A stretch of DNA of 63,242 bases, counting the filler, from Octopus bimaculoides (lineage: Eukaryota), in NCBI RefSeq assembly GCF_001194135.2. It is 7 parts of 7 records of this genome, joined end to end, with 100 filler letters (N's around TTAATTAATTAA, not from the genome) between each part and the next. Parts side by side here need not be neighbours in the genome. Positions count along the whole stretch, not along the records: positions 7,975 to 20,236 come from NC_068993.1; positions 20,337 to 29,085 come from NC_068987.1; 5 more parts are not named here. One strand, given 5' to 3'. The translations under genes and the position numbers were made by a program. This document shows positions 11,871 to 24,455 of the stretch, piece by piece. Under the pieces are notes generated by a model, which saw nothing but the letters and a program-made list of their open reading frames with translations, was not told the origin of the DNA and made no database searches. Numbering within the stretch: the first letter of the stretch is position 1; every line of letters starts with the position of its first letter.

Positions 11871-12831
11871 ATCACTTCATTTTTTCCGTCAATTTTATTT
11901 ACTACCTGACTGTGGGTGTGAAATTTTGGAAATCTCTCTTAGAATCTTACCCTTACTTGTAGCAGCAAAAAAAAGAAGAAAGAAAGAAAAAAATGAAAAT
12001 ATAAAAATATAATAAATGAAATAAAAAATAAAAGAAAATTCATTTGTCAAGTTCTGTTCTTCGCATTTCATCGTTTATATTTCTCTTAGTATTTTGATTT
12101 TTTTTTTTTATCAGCGATTAGATTGCTAAAACTTTACATCAGTTTTGATGGATTAGTTTTAACCAGTTCTTATCGTAATCTAATATCTTGCCTCTTTCGT
12201 TGATCAGCCATTCAGCTGAAATCATTGACTTGTTATAAGGTGACAGGTGTTCTATCACACTCAAGTTATCTTTTCCTACTTTCACTGGGCGACATTTCAA
12301 TAACCCGACTCACTATTAAAAATTCAGAAGGGAGAAAATTCAGAAAAAATGCCAACAAATGTAAATAGACAAATGCAATACATTTCTATGTTGAATTCTG
12401 TGTTAACTCTAAGGGAATTAAAGGCACAACTTAATTCATGACAATTGAGAAATAAAATTTTTTACCTTCAACTATATATTTTGAGTTAATTACAATGATC
12501 AAAGACATTCCGACCGCGATTATCCAGTCTCCCTATTGTCATATAAATTTTAGGTATTAATATTATTTTGTGCACACCGCCAGTTTTAACAAAAGTGTAC
12601 GTTTAGGGGGACGTTTAAATGCTGTTTCCACTCAACATAGTTTCTCTTACGGTTCCCTTTACTATCGATTGTATATGAGCTCAGAACATTCCACGAGAGT
12701 GAATCAAATTTTGCATCTCGCATTTGTGTTCAGAGAATTTCGAGAGAGTGAAGACTATGGTTGCTTTTCCAAAGGAGATTAAATGTGTCCTCGTTTACCA
12801 CCATGTTGTTTCGCCCATCATCTCGCAGTGC

Positions 12832-12862
<31 letters not shown>

Positions 12863-12871
12863 TGTATACAT

Positions 12872-12949
<78 letters not shown>

Positions 12950-13304
12950 GCATGTCTTTATAGTGATATTGAGTTGCGTGTATTCATTATATAACTCCTA
13001 CCAACATGTTGCATAGTTACATTATTCCCAGAACAGCCCTTTAAACCTTTAACTTAATGCATAAATCATTTCTTCCAACTTAATTATCTTTACTAATAGA
13101 CGCTCATAGAATTCGATTCTAAGAATTTCTGTTGCAATCTGTTGTGGCTTTCGCCAAATTCACCAACCTCCTCTCACATTCATTCCCCATCCCACATTAA
13201 TACAGAAACTATTTTCCCCGATAAAAACTACTTTGCTCCAATTACCACCTTTTCAGTTTTATTTTAGACATCTACTCGATCTAATGTTTTTTATAACTCA
13301 CGCA

Positions 13305-13784
13305 TACGGCCGTTTCAAGCGACTCCTTTAATTGATTAATAAAGACATTACATCATTGCAAAGAAATCGTTTTCGTCAGATAACTGCACAAACTTCAAAC
13401 ACTGAGGACCTATCAACATCTGTAGCATATTCGTATCATTAACTGGAGCTCAAATATTTACATTGATTCCGCTGCTATTTCTTTGGCAGAATAAGTTTAG
13501 AAAATAGTCCTTGTAATGTTGAAACTACAAGAATTTAGAGGTTGTAATGGGGGAGGAATAATTTAGAGTAGTAACCTAGTTACCTACATTTCGAAGACAA
13601 TAGGGGGAACTGTCGTTTTCAATCTTCCAAAATTAAATCTTTTGGGTGTTGGTGATACGAATATGTTAAAGCAGTTGTTGGTCTTTTGTGCTTGAAGGCT
13701 TTACAGTCATTAACGAAAACGGTTTCTTTGCAATGATGTAATGTTTTCATTAATCAATTAGAGGAGTGGCTTGTAACGGCCGTA
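13305..13784. repeat. Inverted repeat, arms 13305-13438 and 13653-13784
   Basis: tacggccgtttcaagcgactcctttaattgattaataaagacattacatcattgcaaagaaatcgttttcgt differs from the reverse complement of 13713-13784 at 6 of 72 positions. The inner parts of the arms match more weakly. Confidence 0.85.
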
Positions 13785-14103
13785 ATGAATTGACAGCTGT
13801 ACATCTTTGTTATTCATTTATATTGTATCCCCCCACCTGGATTCTGCACTTCGGAAATATTAGAGAAAGTATTTTTACATAAAGTACATATTTGAAGAAG
13901 CAAGAGTGGATCTCTTCACTAAGTTGGATTGTGATATCTGCATACACTGCAAGAATATCAAGTGCAAAAACTTCTGCACAGAGTTAGATATTCACCTAGT
14001 GTTGTTTAGGTGTGTAAATTAGAATGAAGGAACAAGGTGCCTCAATTTAAGTACCAAATTCAAATGAATCATAATATATACATATACATATATATATATA
14101 TAT

Positions 14104-14179
<76 letters not shown>

Positions 14180-14268
14180 TCAAAAGATTAAATATGGTAC
14201 TTAAAATGTTTGAGGCACCAGAATTTGGTAGGATAAAAAACCAAAAGCAAAATCGAGATAATTAGTGA

Positions 14269-14598
14269 ATAAAATTTGAAGGAAAACAACAAAAATGCAT
14301 TAGGTTATAGCAGTTCGTACGTTTCGTACAAACTTCATTTATTTATGTAGTGAGAACACCACATAAGATGTGCAATGAAAATGTACTCCTCAGCTGCATA
14401 ATGGAAGTTCATTTCAGGAAGTCATTTTGTAGATGTGTGCAAATACAAGAGTAGGAGATGAAGAAAATACCATCTTGATTGGGCTGTTAATCAACAGTTT
14501 AGCCCAGTGAAGATGGTATTTTCTTCATCTCCTACTCTTTTATTTGCACACATCTACAAAATGAATTCCTGAAATGAACTTCCATTATGCAGCTGAGG
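14269..14598. mobile_element. Foldback/MITE-like palindromic element (right arm runs into a gap)
   Basis: 14388-14485 pairs with 14501-14598 with few mismatches around a 15-nt loop. The left half recurs at 52031-52258. Confidence 0.85.
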
Positions 14599-15129
14599 NN
14601 NNNNNNNNNNNNNNNNNNNNNNNNNNNNNNNNNNNNNNNNNNNNNNNNNNNNNNNNNNNNNNNNNNNNNNNNNNNNNNNNNNNNNNNNNNNNNNNNNNNN
14701 NNNNNNNNNNNNNNNNNNNNNNNNNNNNNNNNNNNNNNNNNNNNNNNNNNNNNNNNNNNNNNNNNNNNNNNNNNNNNNNNNNNNNNNNNNNNNNNNNNNN
14801 NNNNNNNNNNNNNNNNNNNNNNNNNNNNNNNNNNNNNNNNNNNNNNNNNNNNNNNNNNNNNNNNNNNNNNNNNNNNNNNNNNNNNNNNNNNNNNNNNNNN
14901 NNNNNNNNNNNNNNNNNNNNNNNNNNNNNNNNNNNNNNNNNNNNNNNNNNNNNNNNNNNNNNNNNNNNNNNNNNNNNNNNNNNNNNNNNNNNNNNNNNNN
15001 NNNNNNNNNNNNNNNNNNNNNNNNNNNNNNNNNNNNNNNNNNNNNNNNNNNNNNNNNNNNNNNNNNNNNNNNNNNNNNNNNNNNNATATATTTATATATA
15101 TATATATATTGCCAAATATATATTATTTT

Positions 15130-15400
15130 CACTATTTACATTATTCACATTATTTACATTCTACGGATTTTTGTCCTCATCTTGTTTGTTGTTAACACAA
15201 CATTTCGGCTGATACACCCTCCAGCCTTTATCAGGTGTCTTGGGGAAATTTCGAATCTGGATTCTCATTCCTAAGGTATTTTCGATGTTATTATTATTAT
15301 TATTATTATTGTTATTGTTCAGGTCACTGCCTGGAATCGAACTAGGAATCTTGGGGTTAGTAGCCCGCGCACTTAACCACTACGCCATATGCCCGTGGAC
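15130..15400 (-). mobile_element. tRNA-headed short element with a PLE-like hammerhead-containing tail
   Basis: Minus strand: ggcatatggcgtagtgg (A box)...gttcgattcc (B box)...(AAT)n...ccccaagacacCTGATAAaggctggagggtgtatcagccGAAATgttgtgtt...aatgtaaataatg tail. Confidence 0.75.
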
Positions 15401-15402
15401 AT

Positions 15403-15560
15403 ATGGCGTAGTGGTTTTTTCCCCAAGACGCCTGAAGAAGGGTGGAGGGTAGATCAGCCGAAACGTTGTGTTAACAACAAACAAAATGAGGACAAACATC
15501 CGTCGAATGTAAATAATGTAAATAATGTATAGAATTCGGCATCTCTTAAATATAGAACTG
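15403..15560 (+). mobile_element. Second, internally deleted copy of the tRNA-headed hammerhead element (head-to-head with the first)
   Basis: catatggcgtagtggtt joins directly to ttttccccaagacgcCTGAAGAagggtggagggtagatcagccGAAACgttgtgtt and the same tail. Confidence 0.75.
15427..15472 (+). ncRNA. Minimal type I hammerhead ribozyme motif, intact core
   Basis: Stem I gacgc/gtgtt; CUGAAGA plus extra A; stem II gggtg/cagcc (one mismatch); GAAA-CG-U-U with palindromic ACGU. Predicted cut after 15467. Confidence 0.6.
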
Positions 15561-16199
15561 ATATATTATGTTATTCTTTTATGTGTATATATGTATTACT
15601 AAATTTATAGTTCATAGTCTAATGTAACTAATCATGCTCGTAACTTCGAAGTCGCAGACAGCTATTTCTTTTTGAGTGTCAGTGCGTACAACCACGGCTG
15701 CGGCATTAAGAAGATTACGTGAATTCTGGTTCAGTGTAACTTCTCGGCATCTCTGGAATGGGTCTTCTACTATTTATTCCGTCTGGTCAAAACCTTGTGT
15801 GTGAAGTTGATCGATGCTAACTGCTCTGTGGTATCCCATCGTATATGAATGTGTATTTGAATGCATGTTTGTGTACATATATAAACCACGTGATGTTGAC
15901 CTGCATTCGGTTGAGGGGTTCTCGCAATGGGTGATTCCAGACAGGAGAAAGAATACAAAGACAGACGTGTGCTTGTGTATGTCTTCACGTGTGTCAGCAC
16001 GAACGCGTGTGGGGTGTATGAAGATGTCATTTCTGATTTCTCGTGTACTCTGCGTGCATCTTCCTCGGTGTTTGCGTGCTTGCATGGGCGTGTGTATGAG
16101 TGGTATTATGTTACGTTGTGAAGTGGATATATAAAATGGCATAAAATCCTAGTATGTGCATCTATGTGTATGTAGTGAGTATGTATGCAGGCAGGAGTG

Positions 16200-16700
16200 G
16201 CATATGGATGTAATTGTGTGTGTTCTTGATGTGTACGTCGGTAAAGTTCAAGTGTAAGAGCAGAATGGATGGTGAATTCCTGCCCAATATGCGTAGGGTT
16301 GAAGAAAGAGAAAATTGAAGGCTCATCCTTGCGAAACCTGAAGTTACTGTTTCCATCGTGTAAGGCTAAATCAAGCACTGTAAGATGCAGTGTGTGGTGA
16401 TCTGTGGAAAAGGTGAGACACCAAGTTTTGGTTTCAAAGTTGCATATCACGAATATGTATCTTGAATTAATAACATTAATCACTGTTCGGCCGAAAACAC
16501 GGCATCACAATAGGAGCATTTAAGGCAGTAGGTAAGACTGGCAGAGATACAGATAAAGGATTCAGAAATGTGACAACAGCGGTAATTGGACCATCTGAAG
16601 AATTTGGTGATAGTTTGGAGCGAGCAAGTGTGATATCAGGCTGGAACAAATGGTTGATCTAGGACAAGCGAGGAAGAAAGAATGTGAAAGGTTTAACAGC
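16200..16700 (-). mobile_element. Penelope-like element, GIY-YIG endonuclease fragment (decayed)
   Basis: Joined frames HISESFICISASLTYCLKCSYCDAVF(G)RT...FSTDHHTLHLTVLDLALHDGNSNFRFRKDEPSIFS match the PLE GIY-YIG layout. Confidence 0.6.
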
Positions 16701-17546
16701 CAATAATTTTAAATCAGCAATCTAAATACTTCAGGTCAATCAGGTTTGTACAAATATGCAATTGAGTTTTTCCGCACACAAGTTACTTGCATTTTAATAG
16801 GTATTCTTCAACTATTTTAATTTAGCAAATTCGAAGGGTGAAGTGACAGAGAGGCTGCTGCTGTGATGTTGTTAAAAACTCCAAAATAACGGCTTACTTC
16901 AGTCACAGGAAGCTACAAAAATACCCAATATATACGAGTATATTATTACCATCAAGAAATCTTGCGCATAGACCTCCGTCCTGCTGAACATAACAACCAA
17001 ATCCCTTACAAGTACACCATATTCTAAAGTTGAATGATTCATTGGTTGGCATTCCTAGATAACTCCACAATGATGGGTAATCAAAGCAGAAAATTCAGGT
17101 TTTAAGTGTATTTTAAATTGAAACAGAGTCAGACAGCTCACGCGTGTTGCGCGTGTTGGTTCTTAACATAATTTCTCTATTTGTTTCAGGTGCAAAGGTA
17201 AACGTGATCCGACACGAATACGTTATTGTTTCATCCTTTGACACAGCGGAACACGGTTAATGGAACGGGAGCGAGTGAAAAAAGCAGCAACACTAAGTTG
17301 CTCTTCTCATTACAACTAAATATACTGGAGTGTTCAGAAATGAAGTGTCTAGCATAAAAACACTACACAACAGCCAGTCATACTATTGAACCGAAGATCT
17401 TATGCTTATGACTCGGATAACTTAACCAGTCGACCAAGCAACAATAACAACAACAACAACAACAACAACAACAACTTGTCATGTGTGGTCCTTTGATCGT
17501 TGGCTCGCCGTTTTCCGGCGGCTTCACGCTGTCAGCGAGAACCAAT

Positions 17547-18432
17547 ATTATCATTGAAGGCGCGAAATTTCATTTGTCCTCTGACCAATAAATGAGGATT
17601 TCGTTACTTTCTGTATCTGTTTTCCCATTTGTTTGTGCATTTATTATATATTTTTGAAACTCATTATTTAATTGAACGCCATTGGTAAGTATTTTTATAT
17701 TTTCGTACGACATCTATTCCTTCTTTTCTCTTTCTATCTCTCCCTTTCACCCACACTCTCTCACTTTTTCTTCCTCTCTCTCTCTCTTTCTACACTTCTT
17801 TCTTTACTCTCCTTTGCTGCTATCTGTTCCTTTCTTTTACCTTCCCTGTCTGCTCTTTGTGTGCCTCACGGCCTTCTACAAATTTCTTCACTCCTACTAC
17901 TGACACGTGACAGTTGGTCATCATCATATTTTATTCTCTTCCTTTTCAGCTGACTGCTGAAGCGAGGGGTCGTATTTACTCTCGTCTCTCACCCTCATCA
18001 CGTTTTTCTGTCTCTCTGTTGTCCTATTTCTAATCCTTTAGGATATTTCTCCTGGCATTAACCATATTTTCGTCTCTTCTCTGGTACTATGACAGTATTT
18101 TTTATATATTTCATTTTGTTTATATATGTCATGGTGTTTGTTCCTCGTCCGTCCACTAATTGTCTCGTCTTGAATTACATTGATTTCATATTTGTATGTT
18201 CACTTTCTGTATTACATATTTGCTTATTTCTTGTTTTTTTGTTCACTTTTTGTTATGTTTGCTCCCTTGTTCCTTGGCTTGCCATTTCCCGGCTTCTTCA
18301 CACTCTCGGTGCCCGCAGAGTGGACTGGTATTGTCGTTGAAGGCTTGAAGTTTCATTTGACCTTCTGGCCGATGAATGATGAGGATTTGGTGACCTTCTG
18401 TGTCTGTTTTCCTTTTGTTTGTGCATTTACTA
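17547..18432 (+). repeat. Diverged ~105-bp direct repeat (17547-17650 and 18328-18432) around a pyrimidine-rich tract
   Basis: tattatcattgaaggcgcgaaatttcatttgtcctctg...tctgttttcccatttgtttgtgcatttattat versus tattgtcgttgaaggcttgaagtttcatttgaccttctgg...tctgttttccttttgtttgtgcatttactat. Confidence 0.75.
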
Positions 18433-19710
18433 TGTTTTACACACACACACACATACACGCACACAAACACACATCTATATGAGAGTAATTGTAAGGATAA
18501 GCAAGTTAGGCATGTCGATATACAAAGAATATTTAATAAATTAAATACAAAAAATGTATGTATGTTTAGGTACAAAAAGGTTCGAATTACACAGAATAGA
18601 AAAAATATCAAGAAATAAAGGAGTTGAAGAAAAGTGTTCCAATCCTAACAGCTGTTTCTGAGGACTCGGTCGTCCGAAATAGTGATTGTAAATTGATTCC
18701 ATTGTCGGATGAGACGAGTCTCCGTCTTCATAAGAAGAAATCTTACATTTGAGCTGTTGACAGTAAGGAGTTTAAAGATGGAATGATTTTTGAAGAGCTA
18801 AGTGTATTAGAAGGGGAAATTTGGGAGGTATTCAGATAGAGAATAGTTAGAGGAGAAATTAAATTTCGAGGGATAGGGGTTAATAGGGAAGCTAGTAGAG
18901 AGTTATAGTAATAGAAGTAGACATATTATCTTTTAATTGAAGAAATAAAACAAACCTACTAGTTAGTATTATCAACTGTCTCTCAGTTTCCAGCAATTAA
19001 GAATAAATTTTGCAGGAGAATGATTTTTCCTGTTCAGAGGAAAAGCTAATGTTTCTAGGAAAATGGCGGCTGCTGACTTCTTTTTACTTTACGGATATTT
19101 GAATTTGTAATAACATTACATCTTTTTACTTAGTTGAACCTCATTATTAAAAGTTCTCTTCTCGAGCCTTATTTAGTTTGTGGATGTTGATATTTACGAA
19201 GAAATTTTGCCTATAATTTCTATAAATGCGAAGAGTAAGCGATAAATGGAAATATCTCAATGATCCAAAGAAGACATTTAGGAAGTGCCGAAATGTAGTA
19301 ATATATTCACAAAGGTATGCACACTTTGAAGACGTAAACAAAAACTTGTAATAGAGTGTAATTTTACTACTATATTAGAGAGAAAAATGGAACAAAAATG
19401 TTGTCTCGCGGTTATTCTTAGCAACTCTGGAAAACAAGAGAAGATAACTTTAAGAAATTAAGAATTGCTGCTTCTAAGTTGGGCGAAACTACGTAATTAT
19501 AGATAATGGCTTAGCTTGGTGCTTTATGAATTATAAAGCATGACAATCCACAAATGGATTTATTCCAAGAGATGAACAACGACAAGGAAATTGAACGAAT
19601 ATATTAATATGGAAAACTTGTTTCATTCAAATGACGTCTTGATTGAAGATTATTTCTATAAAAGGAAACTGAGCATTCTGAATTTATCGTTCTTAATATT
19701 CGCGTGGGTG

Positions 19711-20058
19711 TTATTCTAAGGCCCTTGCAGTAGTGTTATTTTTGGTGGATGCATTCAAAAGAGGTTTATATTTTGTGATAAAATATGACTCTTTGCTAAT
19801 GAGTTGATTATAGGTTGCATCGTCCCTTAATCTATAGAGGGGAAAAATTCTGAAGCTGGGTTGTTCGTTAGTGGCGTAAATGTCGATGTGTTCACTGAAT
19901 GCTATTTTTCTGTATTCCAGAATTTTGATCTGGGATCTATGAAAAGACATCCTTTGACGTAAAGTGTTTTTGGTTTGGCCTATATATAGCCCTCGACACC
20001 CTGAGCAAGTTAATACATATTTTTGGTTTTTTGAAGCACCTATGAAGCTGCTTTTCAC
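19711..20058 (-). mobile_element. Penelope-like element GIY-YIG endonuclease domain
   Basis: KYVLTCSGCRGLYIGQTKNTLRQRMSFHRSQI...KESYFITKYKPLLN carries CxxC, YIGQT, R, E and LN motifs. A PLE-like CT-rich UTR and tail follow toward ~18490. Confidence 0.85.
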
Positions 20059-20177
20059 GGTAAAACCTTAACCCTGTTTGAAAGAGAACTCCGAAGCATC
20101 AATTAGCGTTGACGCATATACCACAGATAGGTCTTCTATGGTATAACTGTGGTATGTATGTATGTATGTATGTATGC

Positions 20178-20236
<59 letters not shown>

Positions 20237-21329
20237 NNNNNNNNNNNNNNNNNNNNNNNNNNNNNNNNNNNNNNNNNNNNTTAATTAATTAANNNNNNNN
20301 NNNNNNNNNNNNNNNNNNNNNNNNNNNNNNNNNNNNGGTGAGAGAAATTTATGATCACAGTCGCCATTTTCTTTTTTAAATGTAGAAACTTAAAACCAAA
20401 TCTTTTCAGCAACAAGTCCGAACCACCACCGGCTCTATATACATACTATACATACGTACATTGTGTGTGTGTGGGGGGGGGGGCGTATGTGTGTGTGTAT
20501 GTGTGTGTGCATTGTGCATATGTATTTATGCGTGTGGTATTAAAAGCACGTCAATTTTCTACTATTCATCTTTTTCATTAAGGTTCTTTTTCATATTCAT
20601 GAATGTTTTAAACAAACTGCAAGAGACTTGTATAAAAATGTGAAACACTTCAATGAAAATGATAAAATTCTTGTTTATAAAACATGTTTAAAGAGTAGCT
20701 ATTCCCTATATATATATGTACTAAGTTAAAGATGTATTAATTTATTGTTACATAGCTTTAAGCTCAATGTTTATAGCAAAAAAAAATCTTTGTTTATGGA
20801 CAAGAGTTGTGTGGGCCACTATGGTATTGTTCCGGCAATTTCCGGTTGCACTTGCGCATAGAATATGATGTAAGGAAGCATAACACTCTGCTTCTAAAAA
20901 TATACAGAGTCTTTGAACATAGAACTATATAACTAACCCAATTCAACTAAGAATGTTGTCTTATTATCAATAATTATTATATGAACTTATAGAGAATGTC
21001 GTAAAGCGTAAGGTTTGGAAGATCTTTTTTCACGGTCCAAACATATAACTTCGGTATAAATCATTGCCTTCAGATTAAGATTCTTGAAACATTTGAATTT
21101 GACTTCTTAGAGAAGACTAGGTCATGTACTCAAGCAGCAACTCCATTAATTATCCGGACATTATTTTTCATAGATCTGACGTGATATTTAATATGGTACA
21201 GTTCGCGAGTGTCTCGACCGGTGATCAGACTGGAAGTGACCATTCAAATAAATAAATAAATAAATAAAAATAAAATATGGCCATTCAAGCGAAATCTAAC
21301 GCCGTATGAGTGACTATTTGCAGAAAATG

Positions 21330-21598
21330 GATGATGCGCTTCTCGCCTGAAGGGCCAATACTCCCGAGGAAGGCTACACACCAGGGCAAGTGTATAGTAT
21401 TGATGATACAAGTTTTGTTTTGGATCTACATCCCTGCTAGGTCTTCTCAAGGAAGAAAAATCAATTCTAAGCTTCAAGGCTTCTAAAAGTTCTTTGGTGC
21501 TTCTTGTAATAGAATATGCTTTGGTGATATGAAATTAAAGCCTTTGCTTGTTTATCACTCTAAAAATCTAAGAGCTTAGAAGGGCTATGCTAAGTTTA
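21330..21598 (+). mobile_element. Tigger/pogo transposase fragment
   Basis: EEGYTPGQVYSIDDT...KEEKSI.SFKASK...GDMKLKPLLVYHSKN.RA.KGYAK. Confidence 0.8.
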
Positions 21599-21603
21599 AT
21601 ATG

Positions 21604-22154
21604 CAGGATGTCCCCTAAAAATTGACATCATTTCGGAGTCAAATGATAGTCAATTCTCGCTCAATTGAACTCAAATTTTAACAAAGCGTGTATAAAATAA
21701 TTAAATTTGGATCAGGCATGCCAATGATAATGACAATGTACTGTTGAAATGGCCACCACACTCACATGACTTGACATCTTGTGATTTTTTTCTATGGGGC
21801 TATGTGAAAGGGTTGCTCTATATTCCCCATCTTCCTACAAGCCTAGAGGAACTCAAGCAGAAAATCACTGAGGTGCTGGAGAATGTTACGCAAGACAAGC
21901 TACAGCATGTTTAGCAGGAGCTGGACTACCGACTTGACGTGTGTCGTGTCACGGGCGGTGTTCATATTGAACATTTGTGAAGCATTGGGGAACCGGTTAT
22001 AAAATCTACATCCTTCTGAATCTTTTGTTCGAATTTTGATAAATAGATCTTTTATTATTCAACATGAAGCTTATTTAATTTTGTTTGCCTAGGACATGTA
22101 GTTACTCAGATATTCACATTTCAAATGATGTCAATTTTGGAGAGACACCTCCTG
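21604..22154 (+). mobile_element. Internally deleted Tc1/mariner (DD37D-like) element with TIRs
   Basis: Ends caggatgtcccctaaaaattgacatcattt and aaatgatgtcaattttggagagacacctcctg-TA. Contains WPPHSHDLTSCDFFLWGYVKG...LEELKQKI...RLDVCRVTGGVHIEHL*. Confidence 0.8.
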
Positions 22155-22520
22155 TATATAGGTTTAAGTATTCAAATAAGGCTTGAATAACTACGAGCCT
22201 TGTTTAGAAACATCATCATCATCATCATCATCATCATCTTTAGGATGCACGTACCCTAACGGAGCCTTTCTGAAAATCTGAAGGCGTGTAAACATAGTTG
22301 TACGCTATCTTTTTCTGGGTATTTCAATTGTTAGGTCTCTTTTGCATATTTCAAGTTCATCTCGTTAGAGTTACATCTTTCTACCGAGCCTGTTAGCGTT
22401 AATTACTTTATTTCCGTTTTAATTTCCAAGTTGAGTTCACGTTTTAGGAATATCTTAGTTCCTTAAATAAATTCCTTCTGATTAGTTCTTTCATCGTTTG
22501 TTCCCCTTCGTCGGTACACG

Positions 22521-22560
<40 letters not shown>

Positions 22561-23396
22561 TACACACGTGCACACGTACAGAGAGAGGAAGAGAGAGAGA
22601 GGGGGGGGAGAAAGTGGACTGAGTGTCCAATATCTCTCAAAACTGGACAGTTGGTCCAAATACTTGCAACAAAGCGCGAGGTGATGACAAGTTTGTGTTT
22701 ACGACTCATGTAGGACTTGTCAGAATTTGAACTCAGAACAAAAAGAATCGGAATAAATAAATAGCACGATACATCCTGTCCGATGTTTTCATAGTTCCGC
22801 CAATCCACCACCTTGGACTGGTACTTTATAAATCGATTTCGAAAGAATGAAAGACAAAGTTAGCCTCGATGACATTTGAACTCAGAGCACAGAGATTTGG
22901 AACAAATTCCGCGAAACATCCTGTTTGACGCTCTAACGACTCAGCCAATTACGTGAGGTGTGTGTGTGTGTGTGTGTGTGTGTGAGCGTGTGTGTGTGTG
23001 TGTTCCTAATTCCTTTCATGTGTGGCTGATTTCGTTATCAGTATCTATCGATATGGTGACCCATCTTCTTTGGACGTGCCTCCGGTGCATTTGGCAATCC
23101 CAAACTCAATACTGAAGTTACACCCATTAAGCTTTAGTCTAGAAAAGATTTTCATACTACAACTCGGATTCTGCTTGTAACTTGATATTACTTAATATTA
23201 TTCACATAGAACATGCAGCTATAGAGCATGGACCCTCTGACACATTGTATTTGGAATATTCCTGTTGTCGACGTCGATTTTGACTTTCATTCTTCAGGAT
23301 CGATACAATAAGTAGTTTTGCCACACGAGTATTGTGGTGAAACTTCTTCAGATACCTACAGACATTTTAAGGAACATCCCGCTCGCTAGTGCTAAT

Positions 23397-24155
23397 GGGC
23401 CACTGGAAAGGCATCTTGAAAGAAAACTGGACTCGTATGATTTGGAAATTGCTGTTTTTTTATTGTCACGACATAAAAGCGAACCATTTTTGCATTGTGT
23501 CGTTACGTGTGATGAAAAATGGATTCTTTTCAACAAGAGCAAGCGTTCTGCTTGGTGGTTGGATAGAGACGAAATGCCAAAACACAATCCAAAAAAGAAT
23601 ATTCACCGAAAAAAGCTAACGGTGTCTGTTTGGTGGTCCAGCGCTGGTGTCATTCACTACAGCTTCATGAAACCTGGTAAGACAATTACAGCGGATGAAT
23701 ACATCAAGCAATTGGATTAAATGATTGGTGAACTTGCAATTAAACAACCTATATTAGTCGATAGAGACAGGCCAATTCTCTTTCAAGACGATGCTCGACC
23801 ACATGTTACACAAGGAACGCTACTCAAGTTACAGGAACTGAATTTGGAACTACTCTGTCATCCACCATACTCACCAGACCTTGCACCAACGGACTATCAC
23901 GTTTTCCAGGCATTAGACAACTTCTTGCCAAGAAAACTTTAAATCTGAAGAAGATGCAAAAACAGCCCTTCGTGATTTCATCACCTCTTGCTCTCCAGTA
24001 TTCTTCGCTGCCAGCATAAATAAGCTAGCGATAAAATGGCAAAATTGTGTTGATAATTTAGGTGCATACTTTGATTAACTGCATTGCTTTTTGTTGAGAT
24101 AAAATAAAATAAACTTTTAGTTCAAAATCGGACATTTCATTCTTAATGACCTGAT
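23397..24155 (+). mobile_element. mariner (DD34D) transposon, 5'-truncated pseudogene
   Basis: VTCDEKWILFN...KKLTVSVWWSSAGVIHY...ILFQDDARPHV...HPPYSPDLAPTDYHVF, one in-frame stop, terminal repeat-like end near 24120-24155. Confidence 0.9.
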
Positions 24156-24455
24156 CANNNNNNNNNNNNNNNNNNNNNNNNNNNNNNNNNNNNNNNNNNN
24201 NNNNNNNNNNNNNNNNNNNNNNNNNNNNNNNNNNNNNNNNNNNNNNNNNNNNNNNNNNNNNNNNNNNNNNNNNNNNNNNNNNNNNNNNNNNNNNNNNNNN
24301 NNNNNNNNNNNNNNNNNNNNNNNNNNNNNNNNNNNNNNNNNNNNNNNNNNNNNNNNNNNNNNNNNNNNNNNNNNNNNNNNNNNNNNNNNNNNNNNNNNNN
24401 NNNNNATACCAGCCTCCCCTCTCAACGCCACCGTATTTTATATTAATTGTATTTC

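Noticed and set aside
15195-15238. Minus-strand hammerhead copy as an active ribozyme
   Set aside because: G8->A breaks the C3-G8 pair and the stem III C is mutated. It is kept only as evidence of the family.
17190-17197. 8-nt micro-exon GTGCAAAG between tttgtttcag and gtaaac
   Set aside because: The splice signals are plausible, but there are no partner exons or recognisable peptide, and such matches arise often by chance.
18645-18690. Overlapping opposite-strand hammerhead halves (ctgaggactcggtcgtccgaaa and gaaacagctgtt)
   Set aside because: The core is incomplete on both strands and stem I is not supported.
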